DNA of 64,000 bases from the NCBI RefSeq assembly GCF_009914755.1, contig NC_060946.1. One strand, written 5' to 3'. Source of the stretch: the human T2T-CHM13v2.0 reference genome, Homo sapiens. Below the pieces are notes generated by a model that searched no databases, was not told the DNA's origin, and saw only the letters and a list, made by a program, of their open reading frames with translations. A program made the position numbers and the translations under genes. Within the stretch, counting starts at the first letter, position 1; every line of letters starts with the position of its first letter. Below, piece after piece: positions 14,201-29,200 of this stretch.

Positions 14201-17200
14201 AATGGAGAGAAATATAAAGGAACGGAATGGAAAGCAAAGGAATGGACTGGAATGGAGTGGAATGGACGAGAATGGAACGGAATAGAATGAAATGGAATGG
14301 AGGGGAGTGTAGTGAAGTAGATTGGAATGGAATGGAGTGGAATGGAGAGGAGTGGAATGGAATGGAACGAAGTTGATCGCAGTGAAGTGTAGTGGAATGG
14401 AGTGGAATGGAGTTGAACTGAAAGGAATCGAATGGATTTGAGTGGAGTGGAAGGGAATGGAATGGAGTGGAGTGGTATGGAATGGAGTGGAGTTGAATGG
14501 AATGGCATGGACTGTAATGGAATGGAGTGAATTGGAATGCAGAGGGGGTCAATGTAATGGTGTGGAGGGGAGTGGAATGGAAAGGAGTGGAGTGGAGTGG
14601 AATGGAATGGAATGGAGTGGAGGGAAATGGAATGGAATGGAATGGAATGGAATGGAATGGAAAGCAGTGGAATAGAATCGACTGAAGTGGAGTGGAATGG
14701 AATGGAGTGGAGTGGAATGGCATGGATTGCAATGGAATGGAATGGAATGGAATGGAATGGAATGGAATGGAATAGAATGGAATGGATTGGAGTGGAAAAG
14801 CGTTGAGTGGAATGGAGTGGAAAGGAATGGAATGCAAAGGAGTGAAGTGGAGTGGAATGGAAGGGAATGCAATGGAATGGAATGGAGTGGAGTGGATTGG
14901 ATTACAGTGGAATGGAAGGGAGAGGAATAGAATGGAATGGAGTAGAGTGAAATGGAGTGGAGTGGAATTGAGTGGAGTCGAGTGGAATGGAATGGGATGG
15001 AATGTAATGGATTGTAGTGGATTGGAAGGGAGTGGAGTGGAGTGGAATCCTATGGAATGGAGTGAAGTGGAGTGAAGTGGAGAGGAGTGGAACAGAATGG
15101 AGTGGGTGGAGTGGAGTATAATAGAATTGAGTGGAAGGGAATGGAAACCAGTGAAGTGGAATGGAATGAAGTAGAGTGCAATGAAAAGGAGTGGAATGCA
15201 ATGGAATGGAATGGAGTGGAGTGGATTGGAGTGGAGTGCAGTGGAGTGGAGTGGAGTAGAATGGAATGGACTGGAGTCCAGCGGAGTGGAGGGGAATGGA
15301 CTGGAGGGGAATGGATTGGAATGGAATGGAGTGGAATGGAATGCAGTGGACTGGAAGGGAGTGGAGTGGAACGGAGTGCAGTTGAATGGAATGGAGAGGG
15401 ATGGTTTGGAAAGGACAGGAGTGGAATGGATAGGAATGGAGTGGAGTGGAGTGGAGTGGAATGTTGTGCAGTGGAATGGAAGCAAATGGAATGGAGTGGA
15501 ATGTAATGGAATGGAGTGGATTTAAGTGTTATGGAATGGAATAGGGTGGAATGGAGTGGAGAAAAATTGAATGCAGTGGAATGGAATGGAAAGGAGTGTT
15601 ATTTAATGGAATGGAAAGGAATGGAATGGAGTGGAATGGAATGGAGTGGAGTGGAGGTGAGTGGAGTGCAGTGGAATGGGATGGTATGGAATGCAAAGGA
15701 GTGGAATGGAATGGAGTGGATTGTAATGGAATGGAGTGGATTGTAATGGAATGGAATGGAATGGAATGGAGTGAATTGGAATGGAGTGGAGTGGAGTGAA
15801 ATGAAGTGTAGTGGAATGGAAAGGAGTGGAGAGGACTTCAATGGAGTGGAATGAAGTGGAGTGGATTGTAGTGTATTGGACTGGAGTGAAGTGGAACGGA
15901 GTGGGTTGTAGTGCAGAAGAGTGGAATGGAGTGGAAAGGAATGGAGTGGAATTGAATTGAGTAAAGAGGAATGGAATGGAGTGGAGTGGAACAGAGGGGA
16001 GTCGAATAGAATGGAATGGAGTGGAGTGGAATGGAGGCAGTGGAGTGGAAATGAGTTGAGTGGTATGGAACGTAGTGGATCGGAATGGAATGGAATGGAG
16101 TGGAGTGGAATAGAATGGAGTGGAGTGGAGTGCAGTGGAATGGAATTTAATGAAGTCGAATGCAATGGAGTGCAGTGGAATGGAATGGAATGGATTGGAA
16201 TGGAATGGTATGGAGAGGTGTGAAGTGGAGTGGAGTGGAATGGAGTGGAGTGCAGTTGAGTGGAATGGAGTTGAGTGGAGTTGTGTGGAATGGAATGGAG
16301 TGGAATGGAGAGCAGTGGAACGGAATGAAATAGAGAGGAATGGAATTGAATGGAATGGATTGTAATGGAATGGAAAGGATTTGAGTGGAGTGGAATGGAA
16401 TGGAATGGAATGGAATGAACGGATTGGAGTGGAATGGAATGGAATTGAATGGCATGGAATGGAATGGAAAGAAATATGATGGAATAGAATTGAATGGAAT
16501 GGAATGGCGGGGAATGGACTGGAATGGAATGGAATGGAGTGAAATGGAATAGAGTGGTATGTACTGGAGTAGAATGGAATGGAATGGAGTGGAATGGAAA
16601 GGAGTGGAATACAAACGAAAGGAGTTGATCAGAGCAAAGTGGATTGGAATGGAGTATAGTGGACTTAAATGGAATGGAGTGGAATGGAGTGGAGTGGAGG
16701 AGAATGGAGTAGAGTGGAATGGACTGGAACGGAATGGAGTGGAGGGGAATAGAATGGAGTGGAGAGGAATTGAATGGCATCAAGTGTAATCGAATGGAGG
16801 GAATTGGAATGCGGGGGAGTGGAATAGGGTGCAGTGGAGGGGAACGAAGTAGAATGGAATGGAGAGGAGTGGAATGGAGTGCAGTTTAATGGAGTGGAAG
16901 GGAATGGAAAGGAATGGAATCCAAAGGATTGGAAGCGATTGGAGCGGAGTGGAATGGAATTGATTGGAGTGGAATGGAATGGAATGGAATGGAATAGAGT
17001 GGAATAGAATGGAGTGGAATGGAATGACATGGAATGGAATGGAACAGAATGGAATGAAATGGAATGTAATGGAATAGAATGGAATGGAGTGGAGTAAAAT
17101 GGAGTGGAATAGAGTGGAGTAGAAAGGAATGGAATATAATGGGGTGGAATGGAATGGAATGAGATGGAACTGAATGGGGTGGAATGGAATGGAATGAGAT

Positions 17201-20200
17201 GGAACCGAAAGGAATGGAATGGAATGGAATGGAGTGAAGTGGAATGGAATAGAGTGGAGTGGAATGGAATGGAATGGAGTGGGGTTGAATGAAATGGAAT
17301 GGAGATGAGAGAAATGGAATGGATTGGAGCAGAATGGAATGGAATGAAGCGGAATGGAGTGTAATGGATTTCAGTGCAGAGGAGTGGAATGGAATGGAAT
17401 GAAGCGGAATGTAATGGAATGGAGTGTAGTGGAGTGGATTACAATGGATTGTAATGGAATGGAATCAAATGGAGTGGAGTGGACTGGAAAGGAATGGAAT
17501 GGAGGGTATTGGAGTGTAGTGGGATGGAGTGGATTGCAGTGAAGTGGAATGGAGTGGAGTGAAGTGGAATGGAATGGATTGGAAAGGAGTGGAATCGAAT
17601 GGAATGGTGTGGCATGGAATGGAAGGGAAAGGAATGGAATGGAATGGAATGTCATGGAGTGCAGAGGAACGGAATGCAGTGGAGTGGAATGGAATGGAAT
17701 GGAGTGGAGTGGAATGGAGTGCAGTTGAATGGAATAGAGTTGAGTGGAATGGGATGGGATGGAATAATTTGGAATGCAGTGGAGAGGAATGGAGTTGAGT
17801 GGAGTGGAATGCAATGGAATGGAGGGAAGTGGGGTGATGTGGAGAGGAGTTGAATGGAATGGAGTGGATAGAGTGGAGTGGAATGGAAAGTAGTGCAACG
17901 GAGAGCAGTGGAATAGAATGCAATGGAAAGGAATGGAAAGGAATGGAATGGAATGGTATGGAATGCATTGGAGTGGAGTGGAATTGAATGGAATGGCATG
18001 GAATGGAAGGGAATGGAATGGAAACAAATGGAATGGAATGGAATGGAATGGAATGGAATGGAATGGAATGGAATGGAATGGAATGCAGGGGAATGGACTG
18101 GAATGGAAAGGAATGGAGTGAAATGAAATGAAGGTAGTTGAGTGGAGTGGAATGCAGTGGAGTGTAACGGAGAGGAGAGGAATGGAATGGAGTTGATCAG
18201 AGTGAAGGGGAGTCGAACGGAGTATAGCGGAGTTGAACGGAGTGGAGTGGAATGGAATGGAATGGATTGGAGTGGACTGGAATGAAATGGAATGGAATGG
18301 AGTGAAGTGGAATAGAGTTCAGTGGAGTGGAATGGAATGGAATGGAATGCAATGGGGTTGAATGGATTGGAATGGGAAGGAACATAATGGATTGGAATGG
18401 AGTGGAGTGGAATGGAGTGGATTGGAATGGAATGGAGTGGAATGGAATGCAATGAAATGGAATGGAATGGAGTGTAATGGAATGGAATTAAATGGAATGG
18501 AATGGAGTGTAATGGAATGGAATGAAATGGAATGGAATGGAGTGGAATGGAATGGAAAGGATGGAATGGAATGGAATGGAATGGAATGGAATGGAATGGA
18601 ATAGAGTGGAGTGGAGTGGAATGGAGTGGAGTGGAATGTAGTGGAGGGGAATGGAATGGAATAGAGTGGAGTGGAGTGGAATGGAGTGGAGTGGAATGTA
18701 GTGGAGGGGAATGGAATGGAGTGTAATGGAATGGAATGGCATGTAATGGAATGGAATGGAATGGAATGGAGTGGAGTGGAATGGAGTGGAGTGGAATGGA
18801 GTGGAGTGGAATGGAGTGGAGTGGAGTGGGGTGGAATGGAATGGAATGGAGTGGAGAGGGGTGGATTTGAATGAAATTGAGTGGAGTGGGATGGAATTTA
18901 GTTGAGTATAGTGCTTTGGAATGGAGTGGAGTGGAAAGGAGTGGACTGGAATGGAATGAGGTGGAATGGAATACAATGGAATGTATTGGAATTGAGAGGA
19001 ATGGATTGGAGTGCCGTGGAGTAGAGTGGAGTGGAGTGGAGTGGAATGGAGTGGACACGAATGGACTGCGTTGGAAGAGAGTGGAGTGGAGAGGAGTGAA
19101 ATGGAATGGAATTGAATGGAATGGAGTGGAGAGGAGTAGATTGAAATGGAATGGAATGAAATGGAATGGAGCAGAGTGTAATGGAATAGAATGGAATAGA
19201 ATGGAATGGAAAGGCACAAAATGGAGTGGAGTGGAATGCAGTGGAGTGCAGTGGAATAGAGTGGAACGAAATGAAATGGAAAGGAATGGAATGGTGTTGT
19301 ATGGCAAAGAATAAAACGGAACAGAATGGAATGGAATTAAATGGAAAGGAATGCAATGGAACAGAATGGAATGGAATGGAATGGAATGGAATGGAATGGA
19401 ATGGAATGGAATGGAATGGAATGGAATGAAGTGGAATGGAAAGGAATGGAGGGGAGTGGAATCGAATGGAGTCGAGTGGAGTGCAATGGAGAGGAGTCGA
19501 ATGGAATTGAGAGAAGTGGAATGGAGTGCAGTGGAACGCAGTGTAGTGGAATGGAGTGGAGTGGAAGGGAATGGAATGGAATGGAAGGGAATGGAGTTGA
19601 GTGGAGTGAAGTGGAATTGAGTTGAGTGGAGTGGAATGGACTTGAGTGGAGAGGAATGGAGTGGAGTGGAGTGAAATGGAATTGAGTGGAGTGGAGTGGA
19701 ATGGACTTGAGTGGAGAGGAATGGAATGGCATGCAATGGGATGGAGTGGCATGGAGTGGAATGGACTGGAGTGGAGTGGAATGGAATGGCGTGGAATGGA
19801 ATGGAATGTAATTGAGAGGAGTGGAAAGAAGTGGACTGGTATGGAATGGAGTGTAATGGAATGGAATGGAAAGGAATGGAGTGGAGTGTTATGGAGTAGT
19901 GAAGAATGGAGTGGAGTGGAATGGCTTGGAATGAAGTGGAGTGGAGTGCAGTAGAATGGAATGGATTGGAATGTAATGAATAGGAATGGAATGGAGTGGA
20001 GTGGAATGGAATGAATCGGAGTGGAATGGAGTGAAATGGAGTGGAATGGAGTTAAATAGATTGGAGTGCAGTGGAGGGGAATGGAGTGAAGTGAAATGGA
20101 GTGAAATGTAGTGGATTGGAGAGGAATGAGTGGAGTGGAATGGATCAGAGTGGAGTGAAATGGAGAGGAGTGGAGCAAAGTTGAGTGGAATCGATTGGAG

Positions 20201-23200
20201 TGGAGTTGAATGTAATGGAGCGGAGGGGAATAGAGTGGATTGGAGAGTAGTGGAGTGGAGTGGAGTGGAATGAATTGGAGAGTTTGGAATGGAGTGGAGT
20301 AGAGTGGAATGGAAAGGAGAGGAGAGGAATGGAAGGGAATGGAATGGAATGGAAAGGAATGGAAAGGAATGGAATGGAGTGGAGTGCAAAGGAATGGAGT
20401 GGAGTGGAGTGGAATTTATTGGAATGGAATGGAGTGGAGTAGAGTGGAGTGCAGTGGAGTCAAATGAAAAAGAGTGGAGTGGATTGAATTGGAATTGAGT
20501 GGAATGGGGTGCAGTGGAGTTCAATGGAATGGAGTGGTGTGGAATGGAATGGAGTGGAGTGGAATGGATACGATTGGAAAGGAATGGAGTGTACTGGAAT
20601 GGCATGGGATGGAATGGAATGAAGTGGAGTGCAGTGGAGTGGAGTGGAGGGGAGTGGAGTGGAATGAAATGGAGTGGAATTGAGTGGAAAGGAGTGGAGT
20701 GGAGTAAAGTGGCGTGGAGTGCAATGGAAAGGTGTGGAGTGGAGTGTAATGGAGTGGAGTGGAATGGAATGGAGTAGAGTGAAGTGGAATGGAGTGGAGT
20801 GGAGTGGTGTGGAATGGAGTGGAGTGGAGTGGAATGAAATTCAATGGAATGGAATGGAATGGAGTGCAGTGGATTAGAATGGAGGGGAGTGGAATGCATT
20901 CGAATGGAATGGAATGGAGTCGAATGGCGAATATTGGAATGGAATGGAGTAGAGTTGAATGGAATGGAGTGAAATGGAATAGATTGGAGTGGAGTGGAAT
21001 GTAGTGTCGTGGAGTTGAATGGAGTGGAGTGGAGTGGAATGTAAAGGAATGGAGTGGAGTGGATTAGAATTTGGTGAAGTGAAGTGGGTTGTACTGGAGT
21101 GGAGTGAAATTTAAGGAGTGGAGTGGATAGAGCAGGAGTAGAGTGGAAAATAATGGATTGGAGTGCAATGTAGTCGAGTGGAACGGAATGGGGTGAAATA
21201 GAATGGAATGGAGTGGAAAGTAGTGGTGCAAGTGGAAAGGAATGGAGTGTAGTGGAATGGAGTCGAAAGGAATGGAGTGGAATGGAGTGTAGTGGAATGG
21301 AGTGGAAAGGAATGGAGTGGAATGGAGTGTAAAGAAATGGAATGGAGTGGAGTGGAAAGGAATAGAGTGTAGTGGAATGGAATGTAGTGGAATGGAAAGG
21401 ACTAGAGTGTAATGGAGTGGAATGGAGTGTAGTGGAGTGGAATGGAATGCAATGGAATGGAAAGGAATGGAATGGAATGAAGTGGAATGGAATGGAATGG
21501 AATGGAATGGAATGGAATGGAATGGAATGGAATGGAACTGAACGGAACGGAACGGAACGGAATGGAATGGAATGGAATGAAGTGGAATGGAATGGAATGG
21601 AATGGAATGGAATGGAATGGAATGGAATGGAATGGAATGGAATCGAAAGGAGTGGAGTGGTGTGGAATGTAGTGGAACTCAGTGGAGTTCAGTGGAAAGG
21701 AATGGAGTCAAATGGAATGGAAGGGAGTGCAATTTAGGGGAATGTATTGGCATGGAGTGGAATGGAAGGTAGTGGAGTGGAATGGAATGGAATTTAGTGG
21801 AATGGAATGGAATGGAATGGAATGGAGTGGTGTGGAATGGAGTGGAATTGAGTTGAGTGGAGTGGAGAGGAATGGAATTGAATGGAGTGGAATGCAATGG
21901 AGTGGAGTGGATTGAAAAGGAGTGGAATGGAATGGATTGGAATGGAATGGAAATGAGTGGATTGGAGTGGAGTGGAGTGTAATGTAGTGGAGTGGACTGG
22001 AGTGGAGTGGACTGGTGTGGAATGGACTGGAAAGGAATGGAATAGAGTGAAACAGCGAGCAGTGGAATGGAATAGAGTGGAGTGGAATGGAATGTATTAG
22101 AATGGAATGGATTGGAGTGGAGAGGAATGTAGTTGAGTGGAGTGATATGGAGTGCTGTTGAGTGGAATGGAGTGGAGTGGAATGGAATGGAGGTGAGCTG
22201 AGTAGAATGGGTTGGAGTGGAGTGGAGTGGATTGGTTTGGAATGGAATGGAGTGGAGTGGAGTGGATTGGTTTGGAATGGAATGGAGTGGAGTGGAGTGG
22301 TGTGGATTGGAATGGAGTGGACTGGAATGGAGTGGAGTGGAATGGAATGGTGTGAAATGGAATGGAATTAAGTGGAAAGCAGTGGAACTGAGTGGAGTGG
22401 AGTGAAATGGAATGAAGTGGAGTGGAATAGAATGGAGTGGAGTGCAATGCAGTGGAGTGGAGAGGAGTGGAGAGGAATGGAATGGAGTGAAGTGGAATGG
22501 AATGCAGTGGAATGGAGTGGAATGGAATGAAGTGGAATGGAGTTGAGTGGAGTGCAATGCAGTGGAGTGGAGTGCAATGGAGTGGAATGCCACGGAGTGG
22601 AGTGGAATGAAATGGAATGGAGTGGAATAGAATGGAGTTGAATAGAGTGGAATGCAGTGTAGTGGAACAGAGTGGAGTGTAGCGCAATGGAGTGGAGTGG
22701 AGTGGAGTGTAAGGGTGTGGAAAGGAGTGGAATGGAGTGGAGCAAAATGGAATGGAGTGCAACGGAATGGAGTGGAAAGGAATGGAGTGGAGTTGAGTGG
22801 AATAGAGTGGATTGGAATGGAATGAAATGGAATGGAGTGGAGTGGAATGGAATGGATTGGAACTGAATGCAGTGAAATGGAATGGAGTGGAGTGAAATGG
22901 AATGGCATTGAATAAAAAGAAATGGAACAGATAGGAGCAGAGTAGAACGGAATAGAGTGGTGTGGAATGGAGTGGAGTGGAATGGAATGGAGTGGAGTAG
23001 AGTGGAATGAAGTGGTTTGGAGTGCAGTAGTGTGGAATGGAATAGAGTGGAGTTTAGTGGAGTGGAGTCAAATGGTATTGAAAGCAGTGGAATGGAATGG
23101 AGTGCAGTGCATTGGAATAGAGTGTAAAAGAATGGATTGGAAAATAGTGCAATGAAGTGGAGTGGAGTGTAACGGAGGGAAATGGAGTGGAATGGACTGG

Positions 23201-26200
23201 ACTGGAATGTAATGGAGTGGAATGGAGAGCAGTGGAATAGAATAGAGTGGAGTGGAATGGAATGGATTGAAACGGAAAGGAGTGGAGTGGAGTGGAGTGG
23301 AATGTAGTGGAGTGGAGTTGAAAGGATTTTAGTGGAGTGGAATGCAGTGGAGTAGAAAGGAATGGAGAGGAGTGGAGTGGAATGAGGTGGAGTGGTGTGG
23401 AGTGGAGGGGTGTGAAAAGGAATGGAGTGTAGCGGAGTGGAGAGGAGTGGAGTGGAATGGAATGGAGAGGAGTGGAATGGAGTGGAGTGGAGACAAATGG
23501 GGTGGAATGAAATGGAACGGAGTGCAGCGGAGTTGAATGGGGTGCAGTGGAATGGAATGGAATGGAGTAGGGTGGAATGGATGGGATTGGAGTGGAATGG
23601 AGTGGAGTGGAGTTGAATGAATTGGAGAGGAGTGGAAAGGAGTGGAGTGGAGTGGAATGTTGTGCAGTGGAATGTAGTGGAACTAAGTGGAGTGGAATGG
23701 AATGGAGTGGAGTGGAGATGAATGGATTGGAGTGGAGTGAAGTGGAGTGTAGAGGAGTTGAATGAATAGGACTGTAGAGGAGTGGAATGGAATGGAGTGG
23801 AATGGAATGGACTGGAGTGCAACGGAAAGGAATGGAATAGACTGGAGTTGAGTGGAATGGAATAGAGTGATGTGAAATGGAGGGGAGTGGAATGGAATGG
23901 AGTGGAGTGGAGTGGAATGGACTGGAGTGCAGTAGTTTGGAATGGAGTGGAAAGGAATGGATTGGAATGTAGTGGCATGGAGAGCAGTGGAGTGGAGTTG
24001 AGTGGAGTGGAATGGAGTTGAGTGGAGTGCAGTGGAATGGAGTGCAATGCATTGGAGTGGAATGGAATGGAATGGAGGGGAGTGGAGTAGAGGGATGTGG
24101 AGTGCAGTGGAGTGGAATGGAGTGCAATGGAGTGTAATCGGGTGGAGTGGAATGGAGCGGATTGGATTGGAGTGGATTAAAATGGAATGGGGTGGAGTTG
24201 AGTGGAGTAGAGTGGAGTGCAGTGGAATGTCATGAATTGGAATGGAATGTATTGGAGTGGAATGGAGTGGAGCAGAGTGCAATGGAGTGGAGAGGAGTGG
24301 AAAGCAGTGGAGTAGAGTGGTGTGGAGTGGAATGGAGTTGGGTGGAGTGAAATGGAATGGAGTGGAGAGGATTGGAATGGAGTGGAGTAGAGTGCTGTGG
24401 AGTGGAATGTAGTTGAGTGGAGTAAAATGGAAGGGAGTGGAGTGGAATGGAGTGGTTTGGAGTGTAGTGGAATGGAATGGAGTGTAGTGGAATTGAATGG
24501 AGTGGAGTGGAATGGAATGGAATGGAATGCAGTGGACTGTAATGGAATTGAATGCATTGGACAGGAATGGAATGGAATGGACTGGAATGGAATGAAATGG
24601 AGTCGAATGGAATGGAATGGAATGGAACGGAATGGAATGGAATGGAATGGTATGGAATGGAACGGAACGGAACGGAACGGAATGGAATGGAATGGAATGG
24701 AGTGGAATGGAATGGAGTTGAGTGGATTAGGGTGGAGTGGAGTCTAGTGGAGTGGAATGCAATGGAGTGCAATGGACTGCATTGGAGATGAGTGGAGTGG
24801 AGTGGAATGGAGTGGAATGGAATGCAGTGGAATGGAATGGAATTTACTGGTGTGGAAACGAGTGGAATTGAGTGGAGTGGAGAGGAATGGAATGGAGTGG
24901 AGTGGTTTGAATGGAGTGGATTGTAAGGGAATGTAGATGAATGGAGTGGAATGGAGTGGAGAGGAACGGGATGGAATGGAATGGAATGGAGTGGAATGGA
25001 ATGGAGTGGAGTGGTGTGGAGCGGAGTGGAATGGAGCAGATTGGAATGGAGTAGAGTGGAGTGGAATGGAGTGGAGTGTAATGGAATGGAGTGAAGTGAA
25101 ATGGAGTGAAATACAGTGGATAGGAGTGGAATGGAGTGCAGTGGAGTGGAATGGATCGGAGAGGAGTGGGGGGAATGGAGGGGATTGGAGAGCAGTGTAT
25201 TGGAGTGGAATGGAATGAAGTGGAGAGATTGGAATGGAGTGGAGTGGAGTGGAATGGAATGGTAAGGAGTGGACTGGAAATGAGTGGAATGACATGGAAT
25301 GGAATGAAATGGAGTGGAGTGTAATGGATTGGAGTGGAGTGGAATGGAATGAAATGGAATGGAATGGAGTGGAGTGAAGTGGAGTGGAGTCGAATGCAAC
25401 AGAGTGGAGTGTATTGGATTGGAGTGGAGTGGAATGCAGTAGAGTGGAATTGAATAGAGTGGAGTGGTGTGGAATAGAACGGACTGGAGTGGATTGGAGT
25501 CGATTGGAGTGGCATCGAGTGGAGTGTGCTCAAATGGCATGGGATGGAATGGAATGGAGTTGAGTGCAGTGGAGTGGGGTGAAGTGGAGTGGAGTGGAAT
25601 GAAATGGAGTGGAATGGATTGGAAAGGAGTGGAGTGGATTGGAGTGGAGTGCAATGGAAATCAGAGGAGTGGAGTGGAATGGAATGGAGTGGAGTGGAAA
25701 GGAGTGGAGTGGAGTGGTGTGGAATGGAGAGGAATGGAATGGAGTGGAGTGGAACGGAATTGAATGGAGTGGAATAGAGTGAAGTGCAGTGGATTAGAAT
25801 GGAGTGGAGGGGAATGGATTCGAATGGAATTGAATGGAGTGGAGTGGAGTAGATTGGAGTGGAGAGGAATCGAGTGGAGTGGAGTGGATTGCAATGGAAT
25901 GGAATGGGATGGAATGGCGAGTAGTGGAATGGAATGGAGTGGAGTGGAATGGAATTGAGTGGAATGGAATGAGTTGGAGTGGAGTGCAATGTAGTGAAGT
26001 GGAGTTGAATGTAGTTGACTGGAGTGGAATGGAGTGGAGGGTAAAGGAATGGAGAAAAGTGGAGAGGAAAGGGGTGGAGTGAATTGGGGTGGAGTGGAAT
26101 GGAGTGGAGTATAATTGGTTAGAGTGGAATGGAGTCGAGTGGAATGTAATGGGGTGAAATGGAAAGGAATGGAGTGGAATGGAGTGTAATGGATTGGAGT

Positions 26201-29200
26201 GGAGTGGAAAGGGATGGAGTGTAGTGGAATGGAGTGGAAAGGAATGGAGTGGAGTGAAGTGTAAAGCAATGGAGTGGAGTGGAGTGGAATGGAATGGAGT
26301 GTAGCGGAGTGGCATGGAGTGGAGTGGAATGGAATGGAGTGGAGTGGAATAGAATGCCGTGGAATTTAATATAATAGAGTAGAATGCAATGGAATGGAAT
26401 GCAGTGGAGGGGAATTGAATGGAATGAAATGGAATGGAATGGAATGAAATGGAATGGAATGGAATGGAATGGAATGGAATGGAATGGAATGGAATAGAAT
26501 GGAGTGGTGTCGAATGGAGTGGAATTGAGTGGAGTGCAGTGCAATGGAATGGAGTGGAATGGAATGGAAGGGACTGGAATTTAGTGGAATGTATTGGAGT
26601 GGGGACGAATGGATTGGAGTGATGTGGAATGGAGTGGAATTGAGTGGTGGTGAATGGAATTGAATGGAGTGGAATGGAATGAAGTGGAGTGGATTGGAAT
26701 GGAGTGGAATGGAATGGAATGGATTGGAGTTTAATGGAAATTAGTGGAGTGGAATGGAGTGGAATTCAGTGGAATGGACTGGACTGGAATGGATTGGAGT
26801 TGAATGGAATGCACTGAAACGGAGAGCAGTGGAATGGTATAGAGTGGAGTGGAATGGAATTGATTGGAATGGAATGGATTAGAGTGAAGTGGAATGTAGT
26901 GGAGTGGAGTGGAATGGAGTGCAGTTGAGTGGAATGGAGGGGAGTGGAATAGAATGGAGGTGAGTTGAGGGGAATGGAGTGAAACGGAGAGCAGTGGAAT
27001 GTAATAGAGTAGAGGGGAGTGGAACGGAATGTATTGGAATGGAATGGATTGGATGGAGTGGAATGTAGAGGAGGGGAGTGGAATGGAGTGCAGTTGAGTG
27101 GAATGGAGTGGAGTGGAATGGAATGGAGGTGAGTTGAGTGGAATGGGTTGAAGTGGAGTGGAGTGGAGTGTTGTGGAATGGAATGGAGTGGAGTGAAGTG
27201 GAGCAGAGTGGAATGGAGTGGAGTGGAGTGGAGCGGAGTGGAATGGATTGGAATGGAGTGGACTGGAATGTAGTGGAGTTGAGTAGAACGGAGAGGAGTG
27301 CAATGGAATGGAATGGAGTGGAATTGAGTGGTGTGGAGTGGAATGGAATGGAGTGGAGTTGAGTAGAATGGAACGGAGTGCAATGGAATGGAGAGGAGTG
27401 CAGTGGAGTGGAATGGAATGGAGTGGAGTGGAATGGAATGGAGTGGAAAGGAATGGAATGGAGTGGAATGGAATGGAGTGGAATGGAATGTAATGGAGTG
27501 GAGTGGAATGTAATGGAGTGGAATGGAATGGAATGGAGTGAAGTCGAATGGACTTGAGTGGAGTGCAATGGAGTGTAGTGGATTGTAATGGAGTGGAATG
27601 CCATGGAGTTGACTGGAATGGAGTGGAATAGAGTGGAGGTGAATGGAGTGGAATGGAGTCGACTGGAGTGGAACGGAGTGGAGTGGAGTGCCATGGAGAG
27701 GAGTGGAGTGTAGTACAATGGAGTGGACAGGAGTGGAATGGAGTGGAGTGGAACGGAATGGAGAGCAATGGGATGGAGAGGAATGGAATGAAGTGGAGTT
27801 GAGTGGAATGGAGTGCAATGGAATGGTATGAAATGGAATGCATTGAAGTGGAAAGGAATGGAGTGGAAGGGAATGGAGTGGAATGGAATGGAGTGGAATG
27901 GAATGGAGTGGAATGGAAAGGAATGGAATAGATTGGAGTAGAGTAGAATGAAATAGAGTGGTGTGGAATGGAGTGGAGTGGGATGGAATGGAGTGGAGTG
28001 CAGTGGAATGTAGTGGACTGGAGTGCAGGAGTGTGGAATGGAGTGGAGTGGAATGGAATGGAATTGAAAGGAGTGGAATGGAATGGAGTACAGAGGATTG
28101 GAATGGAGTGGAATGGAAAGACTGGAAAGTACTGGCATGGAGTGGAGTGGAGTGGAACGGAAAGGAGTGGAGTGGACAGTAGTGGAATGGAATGGAGTGG
28201 AATGGAGAGCAGTGGAATTGAATAACGTGGAGTGGATTGGAATGGATTGGAATGGAACAGAGTGGATTGGAGTGGAATGTAGCGGAGTGGAGTGGAATGG
28301 AGTTGATTGGAGTAGAATGGAGTGGAGTGGAAAGCAATGGAATGGAGGGGACTGGAATGAGGTGGAGTGGTGTTGAGTGGAGTGGTGTGGTGTGGAATAG
28401 AATGGAGTGGAGTGGAGCGGAATGGAGTGAAGTGGAATGGAGTGGAGTGGAGTGGATTGGAGTGGAGAAGAATGGGGTGGAGTCGAATGGAATGGAGTGT
28501 AGTGGAGTTGAATGGAGTGGAGTGGAGTGGAATGGAATGGAGTGGAGTGGAAAGGATTGGATTAGAGTGGAATGGATTGGAGTGGGGTTGAATTTAGTGG
28601 AGAGGAGTGGAATGTAGAGGAGTGGAGTGGAGTGGAATATTGTGGAGTGGAGTGGAACGTAGTGGAGTGGAATGGAATGGAATGGAGTTGAGTTGAATGG
28701 ATTGGAGTGGAATGGGGGTGGATTGGAGTGTAATGGAGTGGACTGGAGTGGAAAGGAGTAGAGAGGATTGGAATGGAGTGGACTGGAGTGGAGCGGAATG
28801 GAATGGTGTGGAATGGAATGGAAAGGAATGGAAAGGAAAGAGTGGAGTGGAGTGGAGTGTTTTGGAGTGGAGTGGTATGGAGTTGGGTGGAATGGAATGG
28901 AGTAGAATAGAGTGGAATGAGGTGGAGTGGAGATGAGTGGAGGGGAGCGGAGTGGAAGGCAATGGAGTAAAGTTGAATGGAGTGGGGTGGAGTGGAATGG
29001 AATTAACTGGAATGAAGTGGATTGGAGTGAAATGTAGTGGAGTGGAGTGGAATGGAATGGAGAGGAGTGGAATGGAGTGTAGTGGAGTGGAGTGGAGAGG
29101 AATGGAGTTAAGTGGAGTGAAATGGAATGTAGTGGAGTGGAATGGAATGGACTGGAAAGAAATGCAGTGGAGTGGATTGGAATGGAGTGGAGTGCAGTGG

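Noticed and set aside
24727-24732. TTAGGG telomeric hexamer
   Set aside because: Isolated copy arising from pentamer mutation; there is no tandem telomeric tract.
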